From the sequence record LC537470.1: a stretch of 32,000 nt of DNA, one strand, 5' to 3'. Positions 1 through 8,354 of the stretch are shown piece by piece. A model generated the notes under the pieces. It was given only the letters and a program-made list of their open reading frames with translations, was not told where the DNA came from and made no database searches. A program made the translations under genes and the position numbers. Position 1 is the stretch's first letter; every line of letters begins with the position of its first letter.

Positions 1-133
1 CAAAATCAGCGAAACGTCAACGACGTTTTTAATAGTTATATATATGAAATCAACTTATAAATTAAAAAATTCAGTGTTTGATACTTTTTCAAACTCATCT
101 TCAGCTTTTCAAAGTTCGAACAATTCAAGTTTC

Positions 134-1306
134 ATGGCGTCATTTGTAACTAAAACATTACGATGGAATAAAAACTATGTTTTATCGTTTGTTGACAATC
201 ACATTATCCATTATCCAACACCAATTAACTTAACATATGCTTGGAGTTTTGGATCATCGGCAGGTATTTGTTTAGTTATTCAAATCTTATCGGGTGTATT
301 TTTAGCTATGCATTATACTCCTCATATTGATTTAGCGTTTAGTAGTGTTGAACACATTATGAGAGATGTTAATAACGGATGGTTAATTCGATATATTCAT
401 GCAAATGGAGCATCAATGTTTTTCATTGTTGTATATAGTCATATTTTTCGAGGATTATACTACGGTTCTTACATGCAACCACGACAACTACTATGGTGTT
501 CTGGGGTTTTAATCTTTATCTTAATGATGGGAACAGCTTTTATGGGTTATGTATTACCTTGGGGCCAAATGAGTTTTTGGGGTGCAACAGTAATTACTAG
601 TTTAGTAACAGCTGTACCTGTAGTAGGTCAATCGATTGTTGATTGGTTATGGGGTGGTTTCACAGTAAACAACGCAACTTTAAATCGGTTTTTCAGTTTA
701 CACTTTTTATTACCGTTTGTAATTGCTGGTTTAACTGTATTACACTTAGCTTTATTACACAAAGACGGATCTAACAATCCACTAGGTGTAGACAGTGGTG
801 TAGATAAAGTGCCTTTCTATCCATATTTCTTTGTTAAAGATTTATTTGCATTTTTTTGCTTTTTACTATTCTTTGCTACTTTTGTTTTCTATTTTCCAAA
901 TGCGTTAGGTCACCCAGATAATTATATTCCAGCAGATCCTATGCAAACACCAGCGCATATTGTACCTGAGTGGTATTTTTTACCTTTCTATGCAATTCTA
1001 CGATCAATTCCTGATAAATTAGGTGGTGTTGTTGCTATGGGTGGTGCTTTAGTTATTTTATTCTTAATTCCATTTACAAATACTTCAGAAGTTCGAAGTA
1101 CAACATTCCGACCTATTTTTAAAATTTTCTACTGGTTACTTGTTGCTGACTTCCTAGTTTTAGGATGGGTTGGTCAAAAACCTGTGAAAGATGTTTACGT
1201 AATTGTTGGTCAAGTTGCTACAGTTTTTTACTTTTTATTCTTTTTAGTATTAATTCCAGTTATTGGTATAATTGAAACAAAACTAGCACACCATAAAACA
1301 AACTAA
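134..1306 (+). CDS. cob: apocytochrome b
   Basis: ORF 44..1306 translates to Cob ([48 protein letters not shown]). The ATG at 44 adds about 30 S/N-rich residues that are not typical of Cob. The ATG at 134 ([13 protein letters not shown]...) gives a normal length of about 390 aa, so I prefer it. Stop is TAA. Confidence 0.95.
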   Translation: MASFVTKTLRWNKNYVLSFVDNHIIHYPTPINLTYAWSFGSSAGICLVIQILSGVFLAMHYTPHIDLAFSSVEHIMRDVNNGWLIRYIHANGASMFFIVVYSHIFRGLYYGSYMQPRQLLWCSGVLIFILMMGTAFMGYVLPWGQMSFWGATVITSLVTAVPVVGQSIVDWLWGGFTVNNATLNRFFSLHFLLPFVIAGLTVLHLALLHKDGSNNPLGVDSGVDKVPFYPYFFVKDLFAFFCFLLFFATFVFYFPNALGHPDNYIPADPMQTPAHIVPEWYFLPFYAILRSIPDKLGGVVAMGGALVILFLIPFTNTSEVRSTTFRPIFKIFYWLLVADFLVLGWVGQKPVKDVYVIVGQVATVFYFLFFLVLIPVIGIIETKLAHHKTN

Positions 1307-1323
1307 TTACTATTTACATATAC

Positions 1324-2097
1324 ATGTTATTTACTCCATTAGAACAATTTCAAATTATTTCTATTTTTTCTTTTAAGTTATTTTGTTTAGATTTTTCATT
1401 GACTAATATGTTATTTATTAATTTAATTGTTTTAGCAATTTTTAGTTCAATGGTTTACTTCTTTAGTGCTGATACAGACTATTTAGGAGAAACAAGCTAT
1501 TTTTTCGTACCAAATACATGGCAAACTTTTGTTGAAACTGTGTACGAAACAGCTGCACAACTAGCTTTTGACAATTTAAATGAAGAAGGTGAAAAATATT
1601 TCCCTTTTATTGCTGTTATTTTTACTTTTATTTTGTTTAACAACTTAATTGGTTTAGTGCCATACAGCTTTACAATTACAAGCCATTTAATTGTGACATT
1701 TGCATTATCTTTTCCTATTTTTATTGGTTGTGTTATCATCGGTGTACAAAAACACAAAATTCATATGTTATCTGTGTTTCTACCAGCAAACACTTCAATT
1801 GGATTAGGTTTACTTTTAGTTCCAATTGAGCTTATCTCTTACATCTTTAAGCCTATTAGTTTAGGTGTGCGGTTATTTGCAAACTTAATGGCTGGACACA
1901 CACTTCTAAAAGTAATTGTAGGTTTTGCATGGAGTATGCTATTACTAGAAGATTTTATGTCTGTACTACACTTAATTCCACTATTAGTTCTTGTGATATT
2001 AATGGGTTTAGAACTTGGCGTTGCGATGATCCAAGCATACGTATTTACAGTTTTAACTTGTATTTACTTAAACGATAGTATTCAGTTATCTCACTAA
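1324..2097 (+). CDS. atp6: ATP synthase F0 subunit a
   Basis: N-terminal TPLEQF motif and the conserved GVRLFANLMAGHTLLKV segment with the essential Arg. The protein is multi-pass and hydrophobic. Confidence 0.95.
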   Translation: MLFTPLEQFQIISIFSFKLFCLDFSLTNMLFINLIVLAIFSSMVYFFSADTDYLGETSYFFVPNTWQTFVETVYETAAQLAFDNLNEEGEKYFPFIAVIFTFILFNNLIGLVPYSFTITSHLIVTFALSFPIFIGCVIIGVQKHKIHMLSVFLPANTSIGLGLLLVPIELISYIFKPISLGVRLFANLMAGHTLLKVIVGFAWSMLLLEDFMSVLHLIPLLVLVILMGLELGVAMIQAYVFTVLTCIYLNDSIQLSH

Positions 2098-2119
2098 TTT
2101 AAATACACTAATAAAAATT

Positions 2120-2569
2120 ATGCTTTTTAACATACATATTTGTACTAAAAATTACAAATCGTTACAAAATTTTGTAAAGACTATTTCAAAAAAATCTTTA
2201 TTAAAATTACTAAGTGTAACAAATTCAACGTACTCTGTTGAAAGAAAAAATAAAATTTTCACTGTTTTAAAATCACCACATGTAAATAAAACAGCTCAAG
2301 AACATTTTGAACAAAATTTCTATTCAAAAAAATTTAAGATATATTCTTATAAACCTTTTTTGTTTTTGGTTTTCCTTAAAACATTAAAACAAAATCATTT
2401 TACTGATTTAACGTTTAAAATAGAAGTTGTAAACCAGCCTCAAAAACATAAACAAATATTAAAAAATAAAATTAATCCTGATAATTTTTCAGTTCTTCGA
2501 AATACTGAAAGTTTAAACAATTATTTAAAAATTTTTAATAATTACGGCCATTTACTTTTAAAAAATTAA
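2120..2569 (+). CDS. rps10: ribosomal protein S10
   Basis: FTVLKSPHVNKTAQEHFE matches the S10 signature (VLRSPHV.K.S.E.FE). It sits tightly packed between atp6 and trnF. Confidence 0.85.
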   Translation: MLFNIHICTKNYKSLQNFVKTISKKSLLKLLSVTNSTYSVERKNKIFTVLKSPHVNKTAQEHFEQNFYSKKFKIYSYKPFLFLVFLKTLKQNHFTDLTFKIEVVNQPQKHKQILKNKINPDNFSVLRNTESLNNYLKIFNNYGHLLLKN

Positions 2570-2577
2570 AACTACAT

Positions 2578-2651
2578 GTTTGGATAGCTCAGTTGGTTAG
2601 AGCAAAGGACTGAAAATCCTTGTGACGGCAGTTCAAATCTGTCTCTAAACA
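2578..2651 (+). tRNA. trnF: tRNA-Phe (GAA)
   Basis: Hand-folded cloverleaf. Acceptor is gtttgga/tctaaac, anticodon arm is aagga-ctGAAaa-tcctt, T-loop is ttcaaat. Confidence 0.9.
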
Positions 2652-2668
2652 AAACAAATTAATTAAGA

Positions 2669-3055
2669 ATGAAAAACCACTTATTTAATATGATTGCAAG
2701 TATCAATAACGGTCAATTGGTAAAAAAAGCTTATATCCTTCAAAGACGAAAAAAAATATGTGAATCTGTTTTAAACATTTTGTGGGATGAAGGTTACATT
2801 TCAGGTTATAAAATCTCTAAAACAAATCCAAATATATTAAAAATATTTTTAAAATATAAAAATGGTAAACCTGCAGTAAATTTGATGAAAGCGCTAAGCA
2901 AACCAAGTTTACGTGTGTACTATTCTTTAAAACAACTTTGGAAGTTAGACTCAAGTGAAGGCCTTTTAGTTATTTCAACAAATAAAGGTCTGATGTCAGT
3001 TAATGATTGTAAGAAACATAAGTTGGGAGGCGAACCTTTGTTTATAGTTAAATAA
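2669..3055 (+). CDS. rps8: ribosomal protein S8
   Basis: The start (MIASINNGQ) and the C-terminal GGEPLFIVK are S8-like. It lies directly upstream of rpl6, as in the bacterial spc operon. Confidence 0.85.
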   Translation: MKNHLFNMIASINNGQLVKKAYILQRRKKICESVLNILWDEGYISGYKISKTNPNILKIFLKYKNGKPAVNLMKALSKPSLRVYYSLKQLWKLDSSEGLLVISTNKGLMSVNDCKKHKLGGEPLFIVK

Positions 3056-3056
3056 A

Positions 3057-3613
3057 ATGAAACAATTTTCAAATCGTTATACCGTTAAAATACCAAACAA
3101 TATTGAAGTCTTTCACTGTTCGGAACGACAAATTGTATTAATAAACGGCCCTTTAGGCAAAAAACTTTTAAACTTGAAAGTTCATGTTGAAATATGTCAT
3201 AAACAAAATCTTATAAGAGTTTTAAGTTTAAATATTAAAAAAAAGCATCAAAAAATCTTTGTGGTACAACCGTCGCGCTTTTAAAACAATCTTTTCTAGA
3301 TGTATCAACTACTGTTTGTAAGAAACTAAATCTGGTTGGGGTAGGTTTTAAAGCGTTATTAACTAAAACAGAACAGCATGATTTGATTCATTTAAAACTT
3401 GGCTACAGTCACGGTGTATATTTTAAAATTCCCGAGTCTATTGATATTAAATGTCACAAATCTGACAAACTGTTTGTCTTTGGTTCAAGTTGGAAACAAG
3501 TAACCCAAACAGCTGCACAAATTCGAAATTGTAAAGTACCAGAACCTTACAAAGGAAAAGGTATTTCTTACAGCGATGAAGTGATTAAATTAAAAGAAGG
3601 GAAAAAAGTTTAA
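3057..3613 (+). CDS. rpl6: ribosomal protein L6, with the reading frame interrupted at a poly-A tract (needs a -1 shift or one extra A)
   Basis: Frame of 3057 gives the L6 N-terminus (MKQFSNRYTVKIPNNIEV...) and stops at 3282..3284. The -1 frame is open from 3239 and encodes the rest of L6 (LCGTTVALLKQSFLDV..KLNLVGVGFKALL..VPEPYKGKGISYSDEVIKLKEGKKV). The junction lies in the A8 run (3237..3244) or the A6 run (3250..3255). Confidence 0.8.
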
Positions 3614-4177
3614 ATGAAATTAAAAAAATTTATTGTTAAAAAACACACTTTATTAAAATTTCACTTAATAAAGTACCAAGCGTATAAGAATAGTTTAAAA
3701 AAAGATGCAAATTTCAAATTGATTGATAATTTACAACTTCGTATAAAACAAGCCTTAAATTTAATTCATTTATATCATTTTAATAATAAAAGAATTTTAT
3801 TTATAGGTTTTCCTTATACTAAAAAGAACTTGTTAGCACGAACAACAAAACATGCTTTCATTCCAAAATCAATGTGGATACCAGGTATTTTTGGTAACAA
3901 AAATGCCAAAATTGACGAAAAAAAGAACAAAACTCACGTTGTTAGAAGTTTAAATTTAACAAATGACCCAGATTTGGTAGTCCTTTTTAACGTGACATCT
4001 AAAGACTTAAACATCTTAAAGGAAGTTTGTTCCGTAGGATGTCCTGTACTTATTTTTGGATCTAATACTAATTTTAAATCTGCAAATATCGTGAATGAAA
4101 TTCCTGCATATTTCTACAAGAAACCTCTGAAGCAAATGTGTTCTTTTTTAATATATTCTATCTTAAAAAAAATATAA
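3614..4177 (+). CDS. rps2: ribosomal protein S2
   Basis: ILFIGFP...PKSMWIPGIFGN and PDLVVLFN..EVCSVGCPVLIFGSNTN correspond to conserved S2 blocks (ILFVGTK..RWLGG.LTN; PD...D...EA..L.IP....DTN). The ATG abuts the rpl6 stop. Confidence 0.8.
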   Translation: MKLKKFIVKKHTLLKFHLIKYQAYKNSLKKDANFKLIDNLQLRIKQALNLIHLYHFNNKRILFIGFPYTKKNLLARTTKHAFIPKSMWIPGIFGNKNAKIDEKKNKTHVVRSLNLTNDPDLVVLFNVTSKDLNILKEVCSVGCPVLIFGSNTNFKSANIVNEIPAYFYKKPLKQMCSFLIYSILKKI

Positions 4178-4189
4178 TACTTAAGTTTT

Positions 4190-4921
4190 ATGATACATAA
4201 AAAAAAATATAGATACAAACCGGTTTATAAAAAGTTTGTGGCATTGAAGAAAAACGTTCAAAACCGATCAAAACTTTTAAATTTTAAAAAGCGAAAATGG
4301 CAATTTTTGTTAGCACAACTTGCAAAAATATCTAAAACTCGTAAAAATAATTGTTATTACAAATTTTACGATCAAAATGTGTACGTTACACCAAAATACA
4401 ACAATTTTTTTTCTAAAAATTATAAGCAAAACCTTTTAAATAAAAGAAGTTTCAATCTTTTTTACGGCAACCTTGAAGAAAAATATTTAAAGAGAAATGT
4501 TTTTAAATCAAAGGCTGCGTCAAACAAAGTGCAAAACAAAATTAATTCGAAACTTTTTTTTAAAGATGCTTTAGAAAGACGACTTGACAGTACTTTACTT
4601 CGATCTCACTTTGTTTTAAGCATTATGAATGCAAAACAGTTAATATCTCACGGCCATGTATTTTTAAATGGAGAAATTGTTAACGATGCCTCAATTTTAG
4701 TAAAAAAAGGGGACGTTATTACTTTTTCACCAAAAAGCCACAAATTGATTAAGTATTTTGTTTTAAATTCACCGTTTTGGCCATTACCACCTAAAAATCA
4801 TCAAATAAGTTATAAAACTTTTCAAATAATAATAATAGATGATTCGAAACTATTTAATACTTCTGACACTTTCCCTATGTGGTTGAACTTTAACAATGTT
4901 ATGGAGTCTTACAATAACTAG
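4190..4921 (+). CDS. rps4: ribosomal protein S4
   Basis: C-terminal S4 RNA-binding domain: ERRLDSTLLRSHFVLSIMNAKQLISHGHVFLNGEIVNDASILVKKGDVITF. Confidence 0.85.
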   Translation: MIHKKKYRYKPVYKKFVALKKNVQNRSKLLNFKKRKWQFLLAQLAKISKTRKNNCYYKFYDQNVYVTPKYNNFFSKNYKQNLLNKRSFNLFYGNLEEKYLKRNVFKSKAASNKVQNKINSKLFFKDALERRLDSTLLRSHFVLSIMNAKQLISHGHVFLNGEIVNDASILVKKGDVITFSPKSHKLIKYFVLNSPFWPLPPKNHQISYKTFQIIIIDDSKLFNTSDTFPMWLNFNNVMESYNN

Positions 4922-4949
4922 GACATATGTTACTAATAATTAATACTTT

Positions 4950-5021
4950 TCTTCAGTAGCTCAGCGGTAGAGCAAGTGGCTGTTAACCACTTGGACGTTG
5001 GTTCAAATCCAGCCTGAAGAG
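4950..5021 (+). tRNA. trnN: tRNA-Asn (GUU)
   Basis: Cloverleaf with acceptor tcttcag/ctgaaga, anticodon arm agtgg-ctGTTaa-ccact and T-loop ttcaaat. Confidence 0.9.
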
Positions 5022-5047
5022 ATTTTTTGCGTAATAATTTAATTTGT

Positions 5048-5120
5048 TGGAAGTAATCGGGCTCGAACCGATAACTTTGTGCTTGCAAAGCACACACTCT
5101 ACCAATTGAGTTATACCCCC
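5048..5120 (-). tRNA. trnA: tRNA-Ala (UGC)
   Basis: The reverse complement folds with acceptor gggggta/tacttcc, including a G3:U70 pair (the Ala identity element). Anticodon loop is ttTGCaa. Confidence 0.9.
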
Positions 5121-5130
5121 AAGTAAATTC

Positions 5131-5361
5131 CTACTTGATAAATTTTGTGTAGCTATAGCTAATTAACCATAGATTGTATTCTAAATCTTTATCTACTGTA
5201 GCCACTAAATTTGAGTTTTTTAAAAGCTTCTTTGTTCGAAGTTTTTTAATTTCAATAAAATTAGCGATACTTGTAGAAATTGAATAATAGTAGAAAAAAT
5301 ACAGACTAATTAATAGTCCAAATAGTTGAGCACCTAAAGTTAAAAGATCAAATTGTGGAAT
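5131..5361 (-). CDS. atp8: ATP synthase F0 subunit 8 (ymf19-like), no canonical start codon
   Basis: Hand translation of the minus strand gives (ATT)PQFDLLTLGAQLFGLLISLYFFYYYSISTSIANFIEIKKLRTKKLLKNSNLVATVDKDLEYNLWLISYSYTKFIK, stop TAG at 5133..5131. It shows the classic MPQFD N-terminus, one TM helix and a basic tail. The frame has no ATG/GTG/TTG; ATT at 5361..5359 immediately precedes PQFD. It is absent from the supplied ORF track. Confidence 0.7.
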   Translation of the reverse strand: MPQFDLLTLGAQLFGLLISLYFFYYYSISTSIANFIEIKKLRTKKLLKNSNLVATVDKDLEYNLWLISYSYTKFIK

Positions 5362-5396
5362 AAGTAAAAAAATATAAACGTAATCATTAATACTTT

Positions 5397-5479
5397 GCTC
5401 GTTTGGTGGAATTGGTAGACACGTCAGACTTAAAATCTGGTTCTTTTAAAGAGTATCGGTTCAAGTCCGGTAACGAGTA
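5397..5479 (+). tRNA. trnL: tRNA-Leu (UAA)
   Basis: Acceptor gctcgtt/aacgagt, anticodon loop ctTAAaa, long variable arm, T-loop ttcaagt. Confidence 0.9.
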
Positions 5480-5501
5480 ATTAATAAACAAATTCATTTA
5501 T

Positions 5502-6251
5502 ATGTGGTTTTTATTTGCAGGAAAACTAATGAGTGTTCTTTGTTTCTTTGTTTTTTTTCAAGGTGTTGCAGATCCATTAAATCTAGATATTGTAAATCGA
5601 CTGTTTGGATGGTTTTTTTTAGAACATCTTTTTGAGGATTATGAAATAAACGCAGGAAAATTTTTTTTAATTAACGCTGATTTTCGTAAATTAATAAAGA
5701 ATTTTCTAATTGTAGTTCGTAATATTATAATTTGGTCACATTTATTAACATTCGCAGAGTTTTTGTTAACAGGTTCTACTTTGTTTTTGCTTGTATACTT
5801 TTTATTTTACTTTGTAAAAACTAAGATAAAATATTCTGATAAAACAATATTGTTTATTTTAATCTATTATACTTTTATTTTGTACGTTCTGTTTTTAAAA
5901 ACATTAAACTCTTTTAATCTATTTGATGTGTGTTTTTTACTCAAACCGATCTCCGTTGTTCTGCTCATTTTTAATTTTATGTTTTGCTTAGTTACATTTT
6001 TTTTAAATGGATTTTTTTTATCACTCTGCAACCAAACAAAGCTAGTATATAAAACAATACTGTTTAAAACTGGCGTTATTTCTGTTTGCAGTATCTTTTC
6101 TATTGTAACTTTTATAAACAATGTTTTGATTGTTAACAATTTTAATAATAATTTTTTTCAAGAATCTTGCGTCAAGTTAACTTTTATTTATTCTTATTTT
6201 TATTATTTAATTTTTAAATATATAAATGCCAACAATAAATCAATTATGTAA
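5502..6251 (+). CDS. hypothetical multi-pass membrane protein (orf249)
   Basis: This 249-codon open frame lies in very AT-rich DNA, where stops are frequent by chance. It has about 6-8 hydrophobic segments rich in F/L/I. I recognise no motif (no nad6-like NPV or VY.GA blocks). It overlaps the rps12 start by 26 nt. Confidence 0.55.
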   Translation: MWFLFAGKLMSVLCFFVFFQGVADPLNLDIVNRLFGWFFLEHLFEDYEINAGKFFLINADFRKLIKNFLIVVRNIIIWSHLLTFAEFLLTGSTLFLLVYFLFYFVKTKIKYSDKTILFILIYYTFILYVLFLKTLNSFNLFDVCFLLKPISVVLLIFNFMFCLVTFFLNGFFLSLCNQTKLVYKTILFKTGVISVCSIFSIVTFINNVLIVNNFNNNFFQESCVKLTFIYSYFYYLIFKYINANNKSIM

Positions 6252-6606
6252 AAAAAAAAGACCTATTAAGAAACGACGAAACAAAGCACCTGCTCTTGAT
6301 ATGAATCCACAAAAAAAAGGCGTTTGTACCAAAATATTTTTAAGAACACCTAAGAAACCTAACTCCGCACTACGAAAGCTTGCAAACCTACGTTTAACAA
6401 ATGGAAAACGAGTAGCTGCGTACATTCCTGGTGAAGGGCATAATTTACAAGAATACTCTACTGTGCTAATTAGAGGTGGTCGAGTTAAGGATCTACCAGG
6501 TATCAAATACCACATGGTTAGAGGTAAGCTTGATTTTTCTGGATTAAAATCCAGAAAAACATCAAGATCTAAATATGGTACTAAGAAAATATCAAACTAT
6601 TTATGA
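6226..6606 (+). CDS. rps12: ribosomal protein S12
   Basis: MPTINQL...[10 protein letters not shown]...[18 protein letters not shown] is the canonical S12 sequence. The TGA stop overlaps the rps7 ATG (ATGA). Confidence 0.97.
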   Translation: MPTINQLCKKKRPIKKRRNKAPALDMNPQKKGVCTKIFLRTPKKPNSALRKLANLRLTNGKRVAAYIPGEGHNLQEYSTVLIRGGRVKDLPGIKYHMVRGKLDFSGLKSRKTSRSKYGTKKISNYL

Positions 6607-7037
6607 TTAAAAAAAAAAGTTTAAAACAAAATATATTTAACCGAATAATGGTTAATGGTAATAAAAGAATATCGGAGAAAATTTTTGTTAAAACACTAAA
6701 AACTATTCAAAAAACAGAATCAAAAAAAGATTTCGAATCTATTTTAAAATTCTCGTTAATAAATAGTGCACCTTTAATTTATGTGAAGAATATTAAACGA
6801 AAACGAAAAAGAACAATTGAGTTTCCTTTCTTACTGAATTCAAAATTAAAAGTTTCGTACGCTATTAAGTTTTTAGTATCAAACAGTTCAAAAAAAAAGA
6901 CAGGCCCGTTCTTCAAAAGCTTAAACTCAGAGTTGATTAATTCATCAAAAAAAGTTGGAATGAGTTATAAACAAAAAATCGACTTACACAAAGATGGGTT
7001 TTCTAAACGAAAGTTCTCGAATTTTCGATGGTTTTAA
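6603..7037 (+). CDS. rps7: ribosomal protein S7
   Basis: It follows rps12 as in the str operon. It is basic, has an S7-like C-terminus (..FSNFRWF, cf. ..AHYRW) and S7-like length. Confidence 0.8.
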   Translation: MIKKKSLKQNIFNRIMVNGNKRISEKIFVKTLKTIQKTESKKDFESILKFSLINSAPLIYVKNIKRKRKRTIEFPFLLNSKLKVSYAIKFLVSNSSKKKTGPFFKSLNSELINSSKKVGMSYKQKIDLHKDGFSKRKFSNFRWF

Positions 7038-7049
7038 TCTAAACTAAAT

Positions 7050-7123
7050 TACGCTTAAAAGGACTCGAACCTATAACCTTCGGAACCGAAACCCGACGCT
7101 CTATCCAATTGAGCTATAAGCGC
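7050..7123 (-). tRNA. trnR: tRNA-Arg (UCG)
   Basis: Reverse complement has acceptor gcgctta/taagcgt, anticodon arm tcggg-ttTCGgt-tccga and T-loop ttcgagt. Confidence 0.85.
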
Positions 7124-7149
7124 TATCATTCTAATTAATATTTAATACT

Positions 7150-7530
7150 ATGATTCAACAACAAACAATATTAAAAGTTGCAGATAATTCAGGAGCGAAA
7201 ACTGTGAAATGTATAAAAGTTCTTGGTGGTTTTAAAAAGCGCGTTGCCAAACTTGGTAATGTTATTGTGGTATCTGTTCAAGAACTACGTAACAGATCTC
7301 GTAAAACTTCAAAAGTAAAAAAAGGAACTGTTCACAAAGCTTTGATAATTAAAACAAAATCAAAACAGATTAATAAAGACGGTTCTTCTCTTTTTTTTCA
7401 GAGTAACTCCGTAAGTCTTATGAATACTCAAGGTAAACCTTTAGCGAGCCGTATTATAAGCCCTGTACCAAAAAAACTAAGAAAAGGAAAATATTCTAAA
7501 TTTGCAAACATTTCGTTAGGAACTCTTTAA
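7150..7530 (+). CDS. rpl14: ribosomal protein L14
   Basis: MIQQQTILKVADNSGAK is the canonical L14 N-terminus. Confidence 0.93.
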   Translation: MIQQQTILKVADNSGAKTVKCIKVLGGFKKRVAKLGNVIVVSVQELRNRSRKTSKVKKGTVHKALIIKTKSKQINKDGSSLFFQSNSVSLMNTQGKPLASRIISPVPKKLRKGKYSKFANISLGTL

Positions 7531-7546
7531 TAAAAACTAGTTTTCA

Positions 7547-8071
7547 ATGCATTTTTTCAATCATTACAACTATAATATCGTAAAATACGATTTGATAAAC
7601 AAATTTCGATACAAAGCTATAAAAAAAATTCCAAAAATAACATCAGCTGTTTTGCGTTTCAGATTAAAACACAACGATATGAAACATTTAATAGCAGCAT
7701 TAGCAGCTTTGGAATTGATTACTTCGCAAAAGGGAGTTCTTATAAAATCAAAAGTACCAAATGTGACTTTAAAACTCAGAAAGGGACAACCTATTGGTTG
7801 CAAAGTAACTATTCGTAAAAATACTTTATTTTCTTTTATAACAAATCTATATAGCAATATTTCAACAAAAAAAAAGAATGTAAAAAAAAAGGCTGACTTT
7901 AAAAACAAGATGATCTCATTTAAGATTCAGAACGTTTTATTATTTAGTCATTTGGAAAGTAATTATCAATTCTTTAAAAATTTAAGTAGATTAGATATAA
8001 GCTTAATAACAACAGCAAATGATTTTGATGATTACGTGTATTTACTGAAAGCATATAAGCTGAACGTTTAA
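7547..8071 (+). CDS. rpl5: ribosomal protein L5
   Basis: LELITSQKGVLIKSKVPNVTLKLRKGQPIGCKVTIRKN matches the L5 core. It follows rpl14 as in the spc operon. Confidence 0.85.
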   Translation: MHFFNHYNYNIVKYDLINKFRYKAIKKIPKITSAVLRFRLKHNDMKHLIAALAALELITSQKGVLIKSKVPNVTLKLRKGQPIGCKVTIRKNTLFSFITNLYSNISTKKKNVKKKADFKNKMISFKIQNVLLFSHLESNYQFFKNLSRLDISLITTANDFDDYVYLLKAYKLNV

Positions 8072-8144
8072 GCAAATGTAACTCAATTGGTAGAGTGTAA
8101 CCTTGCCAAGGTTAAAGCTGAGGGTTCAAATCCCTTCTTTTGCT
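8072..8144 (+). tRNA. trnG: tRNA-Gly (GCC)
   Basis: Acceptor gcaaatg/cttttgc (one mismatch), anticodon arm taacc-ttGCCaa-ggtta, T-loop ttcaaat. Confidence 0.85.
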
Positions 8145-8161
8145 GAATAAGTTTCAAATTA

Positions 8162-8246
8162 GGATAAGTGGTCGAGTGGTTTAAGGCGTTAGTTTTGAAA
8201 ACTATTGTATTGAAAAATACCGTGGGTTCGAATCCCTCCTTATCCT
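8162..8246 (+). tRNA. trnS: tRNA-Ser (UGA)
   Basis: Acceptor ggataag/cttatcc, anticodon loop ttTGAaa, long variable arm, T-loop ttcgaat. Confidence 0.85.
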
Positions 8247-8269
8247 TTTATCAATTAAAAAGCTTTTAC

Positions 8270-8341
8270 GGTTAAATAACATAATTGGTAATGTATTAGA
8301 TTGCAAATCTTGTAATATCGGTTCAAGTCCGATTTTAACCT
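8270..8341 (+). tRNA. trnC: tRNA-Cys (GCA)
   Basis: Acceptor ggttaaa/tttaacc, anticodon loop ttGCAaa, T-loop ttcaagt. Confidence 0.85.
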
Positions 8342-8354
8342 AATAAAATTATAT

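Noticed and set aside
1497-1757. 86-aa minus-strand ORF inside atp6. Similar antisense or alternate-frame ORFs lie at 5867..6139, 6240..6515, 7570..7908, 12262..12568, 13644..13841, 15930..16310, 16661..16948, 17621..17809, 17921..18457 and 22089..22556.
   Set aside because: Each lies wholly within or antisense to a well-supported conserved gene and shows no recognisable motif. The genome is otherwise non-overlapping and compact.
3383-3613. Stand-alone 76-aa ORF (TTG start) as a separate gene.
   Set aside because: It is the C-terminal part of rpl6. The same frame is open back to 3239 and continues the L6 alignment.
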